64,000 nucleotides of DNA from Geosiphon pyriformis uo1. Lineage: Eukaryota > Fungi > Glomeromycota. This document shows, in pieces, positions 1 through 13,558 of the stretch (position 1 is the first letter of the stretch; every line of letters begins with the position of its first letter). Position numbers and translations under genes: made by a program. The notes under the pieces were generated by a model. It worked only from the letters and a program-made list of their open reading frames with translations, had not been told where the DNA came from and did not search any database. The DNA lies in assembly GCA_016748015.1 (NCBI GenBank), contig JAAOMT010000028.1, positions 1 through 64,000 on the forward strand, given 5' to 3'.

Positions 1-3000
1 TAACTTCTGACATGTAAGCATCCAAGACTGCCTGACTATCTGAAAACAGATGAACAGAATGAGCCGCAAGTACACACTCCAGAGCCAACGCTATAGTCTG
101 CAATTCCACCAAAGTAGATAACACCAAACCCCAAACACTGATACTCAGACCCAAGTTAACATCCTCAAAAAAGGCAACAGCTCTGCCTCTACAATCAGTC
201 ATGCCCAAATTTTTCAATGACCCATCTGTATACACAGACAAACTATCAGCACCAATCTGAGAAAGATGATCACATACAAACATAAAATCATCAGAACCAC
301 AAATGTCAACAGGACCAACACCAATCGAGACTGAGAGAGAAGAATGGGAAGTCACAAAGAACTCGACTAAACATTCAAACCACTTAGGGACTGGACCATG
401 AGGATCTAGTCTCTTCCACCACTTAAAGGTGAGCCAGCTAAAAACATCACCATAACAATCCCGAAGCTGGTCCATGAAGGCAACGTCATAACACTGAAGA
501 GATGGCAAAAACTTGAAAAACAAAGAATTGCCAAGAACAACAGACATAAAAACCCCACTGCAAAACTGGAAAGTACTGGCCAAAGAACCATCCAAAGACA
601 GTCTGCAGTCAAGAAGAATGGAAACCACACCAGCCAAGAAATTATTAGAAACACTGACACAAATACGAGTAGAAAAGATCAATAGATGGATCAGTCATCA
701 ACACAGAACTTGCAAGTCATGAGACCTGTGACTGAACAAACGCCCCAAAATCCCACTAAAGTTTGTGAAACTAACAAGTGAAACAACCTTACATTCTGAC
801 TGATACTGCAAAAAGAACTTTAAACCATAAAAAGAAGAATAGTAAATTGTATTACTAAGAAAATTCAGCAGGAGACCAGATTTAAGTTTCAAGCCTTTGC
901 AAATCAGAGCATCCCATTTGGTGCACATACCAACAGAAACAAAGCTGAACTGTGTTCTATAGCTAATTATAGAATGAAGGACTGCTAACACCAGATACAA
1001 AAATTGCTTATCCAAAACTGCCTTCCTCAGAACCAGATTGGTAAAAAAACAAACATCTGAGTTCGCCTTAGCCAAACTAGGCTTTAAAAGACTCTCAGTT
1101 GAGAGAAAAATATCCAAGTACTGATGAGATTTACTCTTTTTGGTGATAGAGATCGGCAAGCCACTGATAGAGAAAAAAGGAACACTAACCCTGCTATTGA
1201 TGAAAATGACCACTGTCTTGTCATTATTGATTGAAATGTCATTAATTTGAAAAAATTCACTAGCTACATTGAGAATATGCTGAGTAGCATTTTGACTGCT
1301 ACCAACCCAGATTGTATCATTGACAAAAGCACCAGCAGCAAAAAAAGAAAAGAGCCCAGTCTGAGATTCGGTATGACCACTTTTGGAAACAAAATGAGAA
1401 TTCAACCTATACTCGTACACACTTTTCTGATGCTTGATTTTACACAACAGAGGATCATAAAAAATACACCACAAAAGGGAGGAAAAAACCTCTCCTTGGT
1501 CCAGGCCATTGTGCACATGATAGCCTTCTGTCAAACCGAAATTTGTTATTATACGGTTGGTACAATTCTTATGAATACTGCCAAAAAACTGAATAAATTT
1601 ACTGCACATCTTAATCCTGACCAAACTCTTCTCAAGATGCTTCCAGCCAACTGAATCATAAGCTTTTCGCATGTCCTGTAAAACTAACCAAAGCTCTCGG
1701 TTTTTTTCCAGAGCATCTTCAATAACTGAACCAATAGCAAAAATAGGTAACTGAGTTGTTATACCCTTTAAGACAGAAAAATTGTTACCACATAAGACAT
1801 CATAAGAGCTGCAAGCCAATGAGATTCTATCTGAAAGAATTTTGGAGAGAATTTTGCGAACTGTTTTGATCAAAGCAATAGGATGAGTATTCGTGAAAAC
1901 ACCCTCCTATTCATAAGGCTTAAGAATCATTGAAACCCAAGCCTCTTTCCAAGAACCAGGTACTGATTCACAAGACAGACAAGAATTCAACAAGACCAGA
2001 AGCAAACCCAAAACTAACTCATCACAATGTTTCCATAGCTTATTAGAGATACCTGAAAGACCAGCAGCTTTGCCATCAGGCAGATCAGAGACCACACAAT
2101 GCAACTCATCAAAATCAATCACACACATCACCCCAGAGAAGGCCTTATCAAAAACATAGTCCAAAGGTCGGTATTGACAAGACCAAGTATCAAAAACATC
2201 ATCGACCACCACACGCTTCCTGGTCCATCCTTCCATAATATTATCCATTTTGGATTTCACCAAGTCAGGCTTAAGAACCAACTCATTACCCACGACCAAA
2301 TGATCCAAAACTATCTTGCAAAAGGGTCATTCCAGCATACTTTTGATCGTGTGACCCTTATTCACCTTAAAACTCTTTATTCTCTTATCTATAACAGACC
2401 TGATATCTGCTTTCTTAGCTCTCAAAGACTCAGCAAGCTTGGATGCATAATAAGACCTCCTAGCACTAAAGAGAACAGAACAAACACCATCAGCGCCAGC
2501 ACCAGAGTCCACCATACCTTGCACAAATAAAGTCTTATCATTGTCCAAAAAAACCCAATGTCCCATAAGAAATTCAAAATTTGCTACACATTCCTTACGT
2601 GAGACCTTGACAATTTTGGAAACCAAAAGCTCCAATTTGTGAAATCTCAAAAATTTCTTGGTAAAAACATAATCGAAGCTCTTGAACTACTTCCTCTTGA
2701 ACATTTTACTAGCTAAGAGAACCATTATCTTGTAAACAATGTCCCACATTGCATCCAAATCCAAAAACTTTGCAGAGGTGGCAAATTCATCTGAAAACAT
2801 TGTAGCGTTGGCCAATGTGGCACTTTTAAAATTGTTCCATCTAATCTCATTAGCACCCTTAAAATTGAACTTCCAATGATCCTTATTTGCCTGTTTGCAA
2901 AGAAAGTTCAGCTGTGCATCCAAAAGCCCACCCAAGTCTATGAACACAGAGACAGTTTGGTGATCCATATCATAATGTTTGCCAACCTCCAAAACATTAT

Positions 3001-3631
3001 GGTGTACGATCGCACTAACCAAACTTGAGAAAACAAACACATAATCAATTGTTTTCTTTACACTCCTTGAATTTTTCCAAGTAGGACTTTTCACAACTGG
3101 ACTATCTGACAGAGAATTGATCAGCCCCAAATTGAAGCACTTCCTAAAACTTGTGCTTTTATGCAAACCATCTTCATTAAAATCACCCCCAAGAATGACA
3201 AAAGAAGATTCATTAACAGTCTTAGCAATAAGAGAGTTAACCTCACCAGCCTGAGAGAACCAAATCACCAAAGAAGTGCCTGCATAGAGCCCCAAAATTG
3301 ATACCAAAAGTTTATTCTTAAACAGCAATTTGATAGATAAGAGCCAACCAGGCACCTCAAAAACCTTGCACACATGTCTCGCCAAAGAAGAATTCACAAC
3401 AATCACAACACCAGCATCCAGATAACCAGAATCCAAGCCAGAGGTAAACACTCTTATACCATCAAATTTGTTGATGATCCAGAGGCAAACCTTTTCTTTT
3501 AACTTTGTTTCTGTAAAAATTGAAATCAAATTGTTTATGTCATTGTACCAATGAATGATGTCATCCTGTTTTGCAGGATTGTTCATGCTCCTAACATTGC
3601 AAGTAGCAATTTTCCAAACCAGACCACTTAT
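1..3631 (-). pseudogene. LINE A ORF2 (APE endonuclease, RT, RNase H), interrupted by stops
   Basis: The start codon has decayed to ATA and overlaps the ORF1 stop; APE, RT and RNase H motifs follow in order. Confidence 0.9.
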
Positions 3632-5508
3632 TGAGATGAAAGGACAGACGACGAACCCAACTCAGAGCACAAAAGATCCAATCTAACCAAAACTGTACCA
3701 ATTGCTGCATCTAAAGCCATGATTTTCGATTCCAAACCACCAACTTTGGTGGTCAAGATTTTTGAACTACTAGAACCAAAATCAAAAGCTGCATTGTCAA
3801 TGACTGTGATGGAAGGAGAAAAAAAAACCTGTGGAGCATTCAACACCATATTCGAGTTTGCACTCAAATCCAGAGGAGCAGAGACAACAGGAGAGGAAAC
3901 TAGTGAAGCAAAGAGCAAAGGCACCAATTCAGCAGAGCTCAATCTTTTCAAGATGCCAGAAACCTGGTCAGCCAAGAGTTCTAAAGAGCATTCCAAGGAC
4001 ATCAAGTGATTATTCAGACCTGTGACCACGAGAGAATCAGAATCCATTGAAAGACTTTTGACATTTGAAAACAACTTTGCACCAAAAAAAACTAAATGAG
4101 CAATTGGTGCCTGCCTCTTTTTATAAATGTTAGCCAAACAAGTCTGATCCTAAGGAGTAACCACACGTCTACCACATTTTCCAGAATTTTCACCCACAGA
4201 GCACATATCTGAAATATGATCGAAATGTTTACACATAGCACAACAGACCAAAGAAAGACCAGCCCAATGCAAACTCACATTCTTAAAGATCGGAACTGAA
4301 CTAATTGCAGCCAACTTGGAAGCTTCATCCGCAAAACAAATGACAGTGCACCTATCTCAAACATACATAACCGGATTACGGCCAACTACACAGGTTTTCC
4401 CACCATAAGAATTCAACAAATTAGAAAGATCATGGGTGGTAGTGCCAACTAGAAGAGTATAAAGCAATGCCTGATGCTGATCTTTTGATACCTATGTTTG
4501 TTTATTACCAATCGCCAAAACTACACGCACTGAATTCTTTCCCATAAGAACTGACCACTCAGATGCAACCAGACTGGCTACTTCAGATGACTTGAATTCA
4601 ACCAGGACCTTTTGTCAAAGACCAATCAGCTGCATCTTGATGGACACAATCTCACCAAATTTAGAAAAAACTGATTCCACTGCCAATTTGGGAAGATCTA
4701 CTGGGATTTCCTTGACAATTACCTTCCAATCTGAATGGCTGTTTGCTTTTTTAACATCATTATTAACCAAGATTTTCTCACTGACTGCCATCTCCCTTGC
4801 CTTTATCAAGCTATTCTCAGAAGTAAATGAAGATCTAATGATTCTAGGAAATTTTGAAGGAGTTGACACCCTTCCAAAACCATTAATTTGATAAAAAATT
4901 TTTTTTACTGCAATTAACTTGTCACTAACTAATTTGCCAGGCACTGCAGAAAGCTCAATATCAAGTGCAAAAAACTTCGTCGAATCAAAACTTTGCATTT
5001 CTGAGGCACGTGACACAAGTGGCAGCAATTGATTGGGACCACTAAGCATGCAAAAAGGGAGCTCTAGTGCACTATTGTCGTCATTCACATTGTTGAAAAA
5101 GGGTTGCTTCATTGGGTTGCTTAGAGCATACATCCTGATGCATGTTTTCTTTGGCATAGCTTTATCCATGTTGTTGTCCTTACCAGATTCTGCATAGCTT
5201 GTTTCTTTGGCTACCAAGTTTGTCATATTTTTTGCATCTGAAAGACTGCTTACACTGCTTGCTACACTACCAACATTGCTACCCCAGAACACCACAGGTT
5301 TGGTACCAGCTTCACCCAAATCTTTCAAGCTAAGAAGACCAGCAGATGTATTGATCATACTGCCAACAGCAGCAGGCTTCTTAGGTTTCTTGTAAGATGC
5401 ATCACACGAGTGAACACTTGCCAAACATTTAGATTTAACACCAGAACGGGTCCCCAAACCTGTTAAAACAGAACCTGAACCACCAGTAGAAGAGTCTGTC
5501 AATTCCAT
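3628..5508 (-). pseudogene. LINE A ORF1 (RRM-like region, degenerate CCHC knuckle, coiled coil), interrupted by stops
   Basis: VIVKEIPVDLPKLAVESVFSKFGEIVSIKMQL is RRM-like; CAMCKHFDHISDMC at ~4200-4245; leucine-rich heptads; ends SSQ-stop. Confidence 0.85.
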
Positions 5509-5589
5509 ATTAACAAAAAAGGGTGTATTGAAAGAAATAACTTTAAGACAAAAAAGGGAAAAGGAAGAAAAAGAAGACTATTCTATTAA

Positions 5590-7986
5590 TTTACTTTTTG
5601 CTTTCGCTATGGTCAAGGGATCAACGAGAAAAAAAAAGTTTTTCCAACAAAATTAAAAATAAAAAAGTCTTAAATATTATTTTTTTTATAATAATTAATA
5701 AAGTTTCAACAAAAAAAAATTTTTTTATTATAGAAGCAATTAAACAAAACATTATAACAATGTTTTTTTTTAAATATTAATAATAAAAACCTGTTTATAA
5801 TAGATTTTAAAATATTTTTTATTTTTGGCTAATGGTTTTTTTTTAGTTAAAGTTTTTTTTAACAAATATATTAAAATTAGCTCTAATATTTTTTTTATTT
5901 TCTTTAAAAACTCTAAAATTTTTAATAATAAACTGGTTAATAAACTAATTTTTTTTTGCTTTAATTATTATTATTATTATTATTTTATAAATAATTAAAA
6001 AAGCCAAAAACTTTAAAAACAGCAATAATTATTTGTGTTATTATTATTATATTAAATTTCTATAATAACAACCAGTTTTAATATAACAATAACAATAATA
6101 ACATATTTTTAAAAATAAATTAAAATTAATTATTAATTATATTGTTAAATATAGTTTTTTTTAACAGATTATTACTGATTTTAAAACTAAATAAGCTATA
6201 TTTTTAAGTATGTTTTTAATTAGTCTATTAAATTATTTAATTTTAAAAATTAAACTAATTAAATTTTTTTTTGTTTTTTGATATTGTTTTTAATAATATT
6301 TAAAAAATAATTTTTAATTATTAAAAGTTTTTAAAATAAGTAATCTTTATTTTAATATTTAATATTATTTCTAAAATTAAATTAGTCTTAATTGATTTTT
6401 TGTTTAAATTATTATTTAGTTTTATTAGATTTAAGTTAATTTTAAAAAACAATATTAAGTTGTATTATATTAATTTTGCTTTTAAAACTTTTTTGATTGC
6501 TATTATTAAAAATTTTATTAGTAATTTTTTTTTGACTATGTTTAAAACTGGAAAATTTTTATGTTAATTTTTTGTTTTATCTTTTTTTACTTTTATTGTA
6601 TTTTTAATATTCTTTTAACATATCTGTTAATAATATTAAAAATGTTTTAAGTGTATTTAATATTATTATTTTAAGTTAAAATCTATTAGTTCATAATAAT
6701 ATATTATTGTTTATTTTAAAAACTTTTTTTTTGTTGTTACTGCTTTTGGTTTATACTAATTAAAAAAAACAATATTAAGGTTTTTTTTAATCAAACAAAA
6801 AAAAGTTATTATTTTAAAAAACATTTTTAAAATTAAATTAATTAATTTTTTTTTGGTTGTATTGTTTTTAAAATTAATAATTTAATTTTTCAAGTTAATA
6901 ATTATATATATTATTATAAATAAACTTAATAAAAAATAATTATAATATTTGGTACTTATAATTTAATATTAGAAGCAAAATAATTTTTAAATAAATTAGT
7001 TTTAATAATAAAGTAGATTATTAATTTTTAAAGGTTTTTTGTCTAAAGTTTTATTTGTTGAGTTTTTTTATTATAAGACACAAAAATATTGTGATTACAG
7101 TTGTATGATTGTAGTTGTGTTTTTTTTAAATTAGTTAAATACAATTGTTAGAGTTTAATATTGTCTTTTTACTTTTTTGGTAAACTAATAAGATAAAATT
7201 AATATTTAATATTTAGAAAAACCATTTTTTTTTTACTAGACTATTACGAATTTAATCTTAAAACAGTTGATTTTTAATGTTATTACTTTACAAGAGAAAA
7301 TAAAAAAAAAAAAAATTAATATTTTATTAATATTATGATTAAAAGCAATTGGTTCAAGTTATTAGAGTTTTAAAAATATTTATGCTAATTACATTTAGCT
7401 TGAAATAAAAATAAACAGAATAATTAATTTAATTTTAACAATTAATTTGTTAGAATTATATAATTGTAAATTGAATAATAATATTTTATTTAATTAATAA
7501 AAAATATAGTAAAAACTAAAATAATTTTTTTTTTTAAACTAAAGATAAAATATTAGAAAATATTTAATTTTTGTATAATCTGTTTTTTCTATTTATTAAA
7601 ATTATTTGTTTTTATACATATTTTTTAGTTCTATAAAATTACTTTTAATTATTTATTATTACTAGTTATTACTTATTATTTTAGCTATTGCTTTATTTTT
7701 TTATATTATAATTAATTATTATATGCTATTATTAATTATTCTGTGTTTTTTTATATTATTTTATATTATTTTATATTATTTCCTGTTATTTTATATTATT
7801 TTGTGTCTTTTACATGATAATTACGTTTTTTATTATAGTTTTTAATCAGTTTTTAAATAATAATATTTTATCTTTTATTTTTTTAACTTTTATTATTATT
7901 AATACTTTATTATTGTGATTCTTAATTCTTTAAAAACTTTAAACTTTACTTTATATAAATATTATATTTGAAAAAAAACTTTTAAA

Positions 7987-8017
<31 letters not shown>

Positions 8018-10080
8018 GATATTAAAGTTTAAATTATTTAGTTTTGTATTATAAGATATTTTTATTTCTTATTTATAAGTTTTTTTTTAAATCTGTTGGT
8101 AATTTTAAGTTTTTTAATTTATTTTTTGTTAATATAAAATTATATTTTAATGTTTTTTTTTTTGGTTTTTTTTTGTTGTTTTTTTGGCTGTTTTTTTTTT
8201 ATTAAGTATTTTATGAATGTAACCCAATTACTACCTAAAACTATAGAATCATATAAGCTCCTATATTAAATATGGCTTATGCATTTTCTATATATAACTA
8301 GCCACTTGAGCCAATTAAGGCAACACTAATTACCTAAACTATTCACAATAGGAAAATTGCACAAAAAACCAAAACATACACTAAACAAATAAAAATACAA
8401 ATTAAAACATACACTAAATAAATAAAAATACAAACCAAAACAAACATAGATACTTAGCTTTATGCCAAACTCAAAAATCATACCAAAAGACCACAAAAAA
8501 GCCAAACCAGACACAGTCAGCACCATGAATTTATCACATAATAAGAGACTCTGTTTTTCATAATATACTTTCAGCTTGGTAGTTGGCAATCACATAGTAG
8601 ATCTGTAACTCTTGACAAATCTCTGAACCAATTTAACAATTAAAGATGCACTAATAAAACCACTATCCAATAAGCAAATCATGTTAGTCACTTATTTCCT
8701 TATTATAAAGTCTTTGGCCAATGATATATACAACTGATTTAAAACTTTGCTTTATGTAAAGAATGTATTACCACACTCTTAGCAGCACAAACATCTATCA
8801 GATCAATCTAAGAATTGATAGTTTTCAAAATAAGATCTTTCTTAGTATTTATATCATAAACACAAGAGAATATATAATCAGAGTCTTTAACTAATTCACA
8901 ATAAATACATAACACACTAGGATAACTTAAATTGTACAGTCTTTTTCTCTTGGCCATAAGCAATCAGCAATATAAGACTTTCATAAAGTAAGACCTAAGC
9001 ATTACAAAGACAAAGCTAGTAAAACCAGAACAAAATTTATTATCAGGATGCCACACACTAAGCTGTTTTTGTTGTAAATTTTGTAATTAAATTTAAATTA
9101 AATTTTTTAAAATTTAAAATTTCTGATTTAAAAGTATTTGTTTATAATAAAACTATAAATAAGCTTTTTTAAATATGATTTTAATTAAAATTAAATATAA
9201 TTTTAATATTAATCAAATAAAAAATTTTAATAATAATTTTTTAAATAATAAAGTTTATATTAATTTAATTATTTTTTAAAAGTATTAACTAGTTAATATT
9301 AAATCTAATTTAGATAAAACTGTTAAACAGTTAAATAAAATTATTATAAATAGTAGTTTTTTGATTATGGTTTTATATAAAATATTTTTTTAGAATTTGT
9401 TTTTCTTTTTAAATTTAATATAAATTAATTTAAACTGAATTTATGTTTGATTATATATAGAAAATATATGGATTATATATATAAAATATATGAATTATAT
9501 CTAATTTTTATTACTTAGTTTGATTTTTTATATTAAATAATAATTAAGTTACATATTAAATTTATTATAAAAAATTTGGATTTTAAAGTACTTATTTTGT
9601 TAATAATTATTGTATATTGTTAAATTTATTAAGTTTTTTTAAAAATAAAATAAAATAAAATACATTTTTGAATTATATTAATAATTATAATAATACTTAA
9701 AACTTATTATTATAACTAATTTTAAACAAAGTTTAAAGTATTAAAAATTATTAATATATATATATATATTAATTAGTTTTTTTTTGAAGCATTAAATTAT
9801 TATGTGTAATTGTTTTTCTTATATTTAATATAATATTATAAAAATTATTATTTATATTTTAATTATTAAAATATTTTTAAATGTTAATTTAAAATAGTTT
9901 TATTTGGTTTAAATAATCAATTATGAATTATTAATATATACATTTAAGATATGATAATTGAGTTGTATAAAAACGATTATTAATAATAATATAATAATTA
10001 AACATTATATTGTGTTGTTATTTATTAAATTATTACCTTGAATTAATACTGTTTAAATTAAATATAAAAATAATAACACA
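5590..10080. other. Extremely AT-rich low-complexity desert, probably terminally decayed repeats
   Basis: Very few G/C and almost no CpG; homopolymer and TAT runs; no credible ORFs; contains a recognisable LINE relic. Confidence 0.7.
8196..9061 (-). mobile_element. 5'-truncated LINE (C-terminal Zn-finger region, 3' UTR, poly(A))
   Basis: Minus strand reads VWHPD...RSYFMKVL...YPSVLCIYCELVKDSDYIFSC, homologous to LINE B 53940-54140. AATAAA/poly(A) appears as the T-run at 8191-8200. GCTGTTTTT is repeated at 8187-8195 and 9062-9070 (TSD). Confidence 0.85.
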
Positions 10081-10275
10081 ATGAGCATGTTATCAAATAC
10101 ACAATAACAAAAAATATTACGTAATCGTAAAAAAATTATAGTTTATTTTTTTTAAGGCACAGACAATCATATTCGTACATAAATCAAAATAGAGACAAAA
10201 AGATGAATATCGCTCACACGATTCTTTAAATTATAAATCAAATTTTGAATTTAAAAAAAAGATCTATAATTATTT

Positions 10276-10316
10276 AAATAAACAAACAAATAAACAAACA
10301 AACAAACAAACAAATA
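10276..10316. repeat. (AAAC/AAAT)n microsatellite
   Basis: aaataaacaaacaaataaacaaacaaacaaacaaacaaata. Confidence 0.85.
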
Positions 10317-10863
10317 AGATGGTTGCATGTTTTAGATTATCATAATAGAAGAAAGAAAATTTTCTTTAGTTATACAGAAAAGAACAATTTGCATAATTAT
10401 CTTTTGTCGCATTTCTCATTAATGTTGGTTTTTTGGGATAAAAAACAATGAAAATTGGACTATTGAAAACTGGAAGCAGCTAATCTGGTTGATGAAAGTA
10501 AGTTCTTAATTTCGGCTCTGACGGATGCAAGTACCGTTTAAAGAAGCTTATATGACCACTCAGAAGCCACATGTAAAACCAACAATAAAATTTGGTGTGA
10601 GTGACATTGGTGAATGGTATAGAAAATACAAATGATTTCATTGTCGATACCAGACAAAAAAGATCTAGTTTTTAACTCTAATCACCGACGTGTAAATCAA
10701 TGACCCAAATAAAAGTTATGATAAGACGTCATATGCTGCTGCCTCTCATTAATAAGCAAATCTCTAAGAACTGTGTGGAAACAACAAATAATTATCAAAT
10801 ATATAAAGAAGGCCATTTCCTCATATTCGTTTCTAACACACACAACTTGAAAATTTAAAAACG

Positions 10864-11392
10864 ATGGTTTACAAGATTCAAAACGCTTCTGAGTTCGACC
10901 AAATTCTTGGCAATAATGAAAAAGTACCAATAAACTGATTATTTCGCTTGCTGTTTATGATGATATATTTCACTAAAAATTTATTATTTACTCATCCAAC
11001 CTTATTCTAGGTAATAGTTGATTTTTGGGCCACCTGGTGCCCTCCTTGTGTCAGTATCGCGCCAGTATACGAACGGCTTTCGAACGAATTCAAAAACGTT
11101 AAGTTTATTAAGATTGATATTGATGAGTTTCCAGTAAGTTTTTAGTTAAACAAGCAATAATTCACTGATTAACTGATTTCACTTCGTGTCATGTTGAGTT
11201 TTTTTGATAACCAAATATTTGAAATTGCGTTCCCCGCACCCCACCGTCTCTTCGTAGGAAATAACCCAAAAATGGCAAATCACTGCAATGCCTACTTTTC
11301 AAGCATTTCACAAGGGCGAACTCTTAGATAAACTTGTCGGTGCAGATCCAAGTCAATTGCAAAGATTAATTCAAGCCCTCGCTCAAGCATGA
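10864..11392 (+). CDS. TRX: Thioredoxin (105 aa, WCPPC active site), 3 exons: 10864-10923, 11011-11133, 11258-11392
   Basis: Manual splicing with GT-AG introns gives MVYKIQNASEFDQILGNNEK|VIVDFWATWCPPCVSIAPVYERLSNEFKNVKFIKIDIDEFP|EITQKWQITAMPTFQAFHKGELLDKLVGADPSQLQRLIQALAQA*. Not in the ORF track. Confidence 0.95.
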
Positions 11393-11562
11393 ATATCATA
11401 TATGATCAATATTATATCCTAGTAGAATCTTTTTGATCCCTTTATAGCTTATAACGAATACTAAGGTTTACATAACTTAAATGTTCAGAGGTTTTCTTTT
11501 TTTTTTTTTGAAACATCTAAATATAGGCGCTTGGAATAAAATCATTAATTTTAGCACCAGAC

Positions 11563-13275
11563 TTAATCAGATTTTTTACTCTCAGTCACTTTTGCTTTTA
11601 ACCCAAAAGGATTTTTAGATCGTGCACTACCAACTGAATAAAGAAAAGTCCCAACAAAAACTAAAAAACTGCCAATCATCATACCCAAAGTAAATTCATT
11701 ATCAAAATACCATACCGAAATCATCAAAGAAGTAAATTTTCGTAAATTCAAAACTAAATTAAGTGTGAGCGCTGTTGATATTGAATTGAGACGATGAACA
11801 CCTGACACACAAACATATCTAAAAATTTTTTTTGCCAAGATAATCAAAATGTGGCTTAAAAATTAAAATTATTACAATTCATTTGGAACTTACTGAGTTA
11901 ATACATTAAGGATTAGGTATAGCCAGCTTATTGGTACTGTATAATAGCTCAAGACAGGGCGAATCTCTTCAGGGATTAAGTTGGTTTTTTCATGTATTAA
12001 ATTAATGATACTGCCAAGTTGGATAGGCTTCGAGTTATTAAAATGTTTCATCTGACTCAGGATATCGTTATAGAAAATTGAAAAAAGGGGAAGTGCGAGA
12101 AAATGCTATGGATGGCAAGAATATATATTATTTAATCAGCTTTAAAAATTGTTCATACGAATTAATCAAATAAATTATCTTTAATTCAAATACCGTATAG
12201 AATAATCCTTCACGCCAATCACTACCATAAGTCGCGTACGTTTGTTCTTGATAGAGTCCCATCACACATGAGAGAATCAAAGCAATCGAAAGCAAGCTAA
12301 TACCAATTATATAATCGGCTGTACTAGCAGAATTCGCGGCCTATTGCATGGAAATTAATAAATAATCTAATAATCTAAATGAACAGTTTCCTAAATCCCT
12401 CTCACCTTTCCATTTGAATTTGAAGTAAAAAACGTGGCCGAGAATACTCCCACAGTCACTAAAACTACAGCTGATACCTGGGTTGCGGTATACCTAATCG
12501 ATTAAAATGTGAAATAATGATTCCTCGAAAGAGTTAAAATTTCATATCAATTATGATTACCTTTTGTGCATAAAGGCCCAACCCATTATCATACTAACGA
12601 TCAAACCACCACTACGAAATATTATGTGAAGTGGTACCGTAATCTTGAATCCCAAGGCGATATTATTTAATACCGAGACGGTAAAGAACATGACAACCAA
12701 CATTATCCAATGAAATAATGGAACGAGACGTGGTTTTAACCTTGGAACCAAAGATCCTGGCGTGAGGACAAGATGATGTCTAAGGCCTTCTAAAGCTACG
12801 AATAAGAATTGAGCTAATGTGATCAAGTTTCCTATTTCATAAAAAAACAATTTTTTTTATTAAATAGGCAATTTAATGACAAATTGGCTAACCATAATTT
12901 AAATTTGTTTACCGCTTTTAGGCGCATTGCTGGATGATCGAATTGAGAAATAACGTTATGGTAAAAAAAAAAAAAAAAGAGAGAAAAGTTTAAAGGTCGA
13001 CCTCGGTCTTCTTCAATAAGAGCCAAGTCAAACAAAACGAAACCTGAATCACAGTTGAAAAGTTTCTCTGGTGCAAGAAACTTTCAAGCACCTTGCAAAA
13101 ATGCCCGGAGGCTTTTACAAAACACTTTTATTCCCGTGTCTGGTAAGTGTTTGAGTGAGTGTACTGACCCGACTAATAGCTCCAACGCGACCACGTTGCT
13201 ACAACAACCACCGAATACTAGGCTACCTATGAGTAGCCAGTCACTCAAAGATGACTGTAATAACGCGTCAAGCAT
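11563..13275 (-). CDS. YEA4: UAA-family nucleotide-sugar (UDP-GlcNAc/UDP-xylose) transporter, YEA4/SLC35B4-like, multi-exon with a 17-nt micro-exon
   Basis: FGGCCSNV, GNLITLAQF, LHIIFRSG, WREGLFYTHFLALP, TQYVCVSGVHRL, LNLRKFTSL; C-terminal KKSD dilysine-type ER motif; GT-AG introns resolved by hand. The start at 13275 is inferred. Confidence 0.92.
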
Positions 13276-13558
13276 GTCTTTTTGTGTTAAAACCAAAAGA
13301 AATTAAGAGAGCTTCAATTTAGGATTGACTACTCGTTCCTGCAAGGGGAATGATCACCAAATAACCCATTTCTAGATTTCTAAACTTGTACCCACCAATC
13401 AAAATATGAAAAGTGGTCATCAAATGTTTCATTTAAAACAAAGTGAAAAGTTAAGAACTTGGACTTTACCATTTTTCTAGATACTCAGTTTTCGATCATT
13501 TTGAATGATTCTAATTAATTAACCAGTTCTTGAATATCGCTGAAAAAATATTACAATA
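13276..13558. promoter_or_regulatory. Short divergent (probably bidirectional) promoter region between the YEA4-like gene and SEC11
   Basis: Head-to-head start codons ~280 bp apart; CCAATC at ~13395. Confidence 0.5.

Larger units (their letters stand above)
1..5580 (-). mobile_element. LINE (non-LTR retrotransposon) copy A, ORF1 + APE-RT-RNaseH ORF2, degenerate; 3' end lies outside the window
   Basis: Collinear ORF fragments: ORF1 (4615-5508, 3628-4137), APE (2687-3586: SIFTETKL, ILGGDFNE, TIDYVFV), RT (698-1873: QDMRKAYDSV, GLDQGEV, FVND for FVDD), and an RNase H start near 240 (VYTDGSL). Pyrimidine-rich 5' UTR ~5510-5580; the 5' boundary is approximate. Same family as LINE B. Confidence 0.93.

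Noticed and set aside
13470-13472. ATG followed by GTAAAG as a one-codon first exon of the YEA4-like gene
   Set aside because: Splicing to the nearest acceptor before 13275 is out of frame; at most a 5' UTR intron or uORF, which cannot be supported without cDNA.
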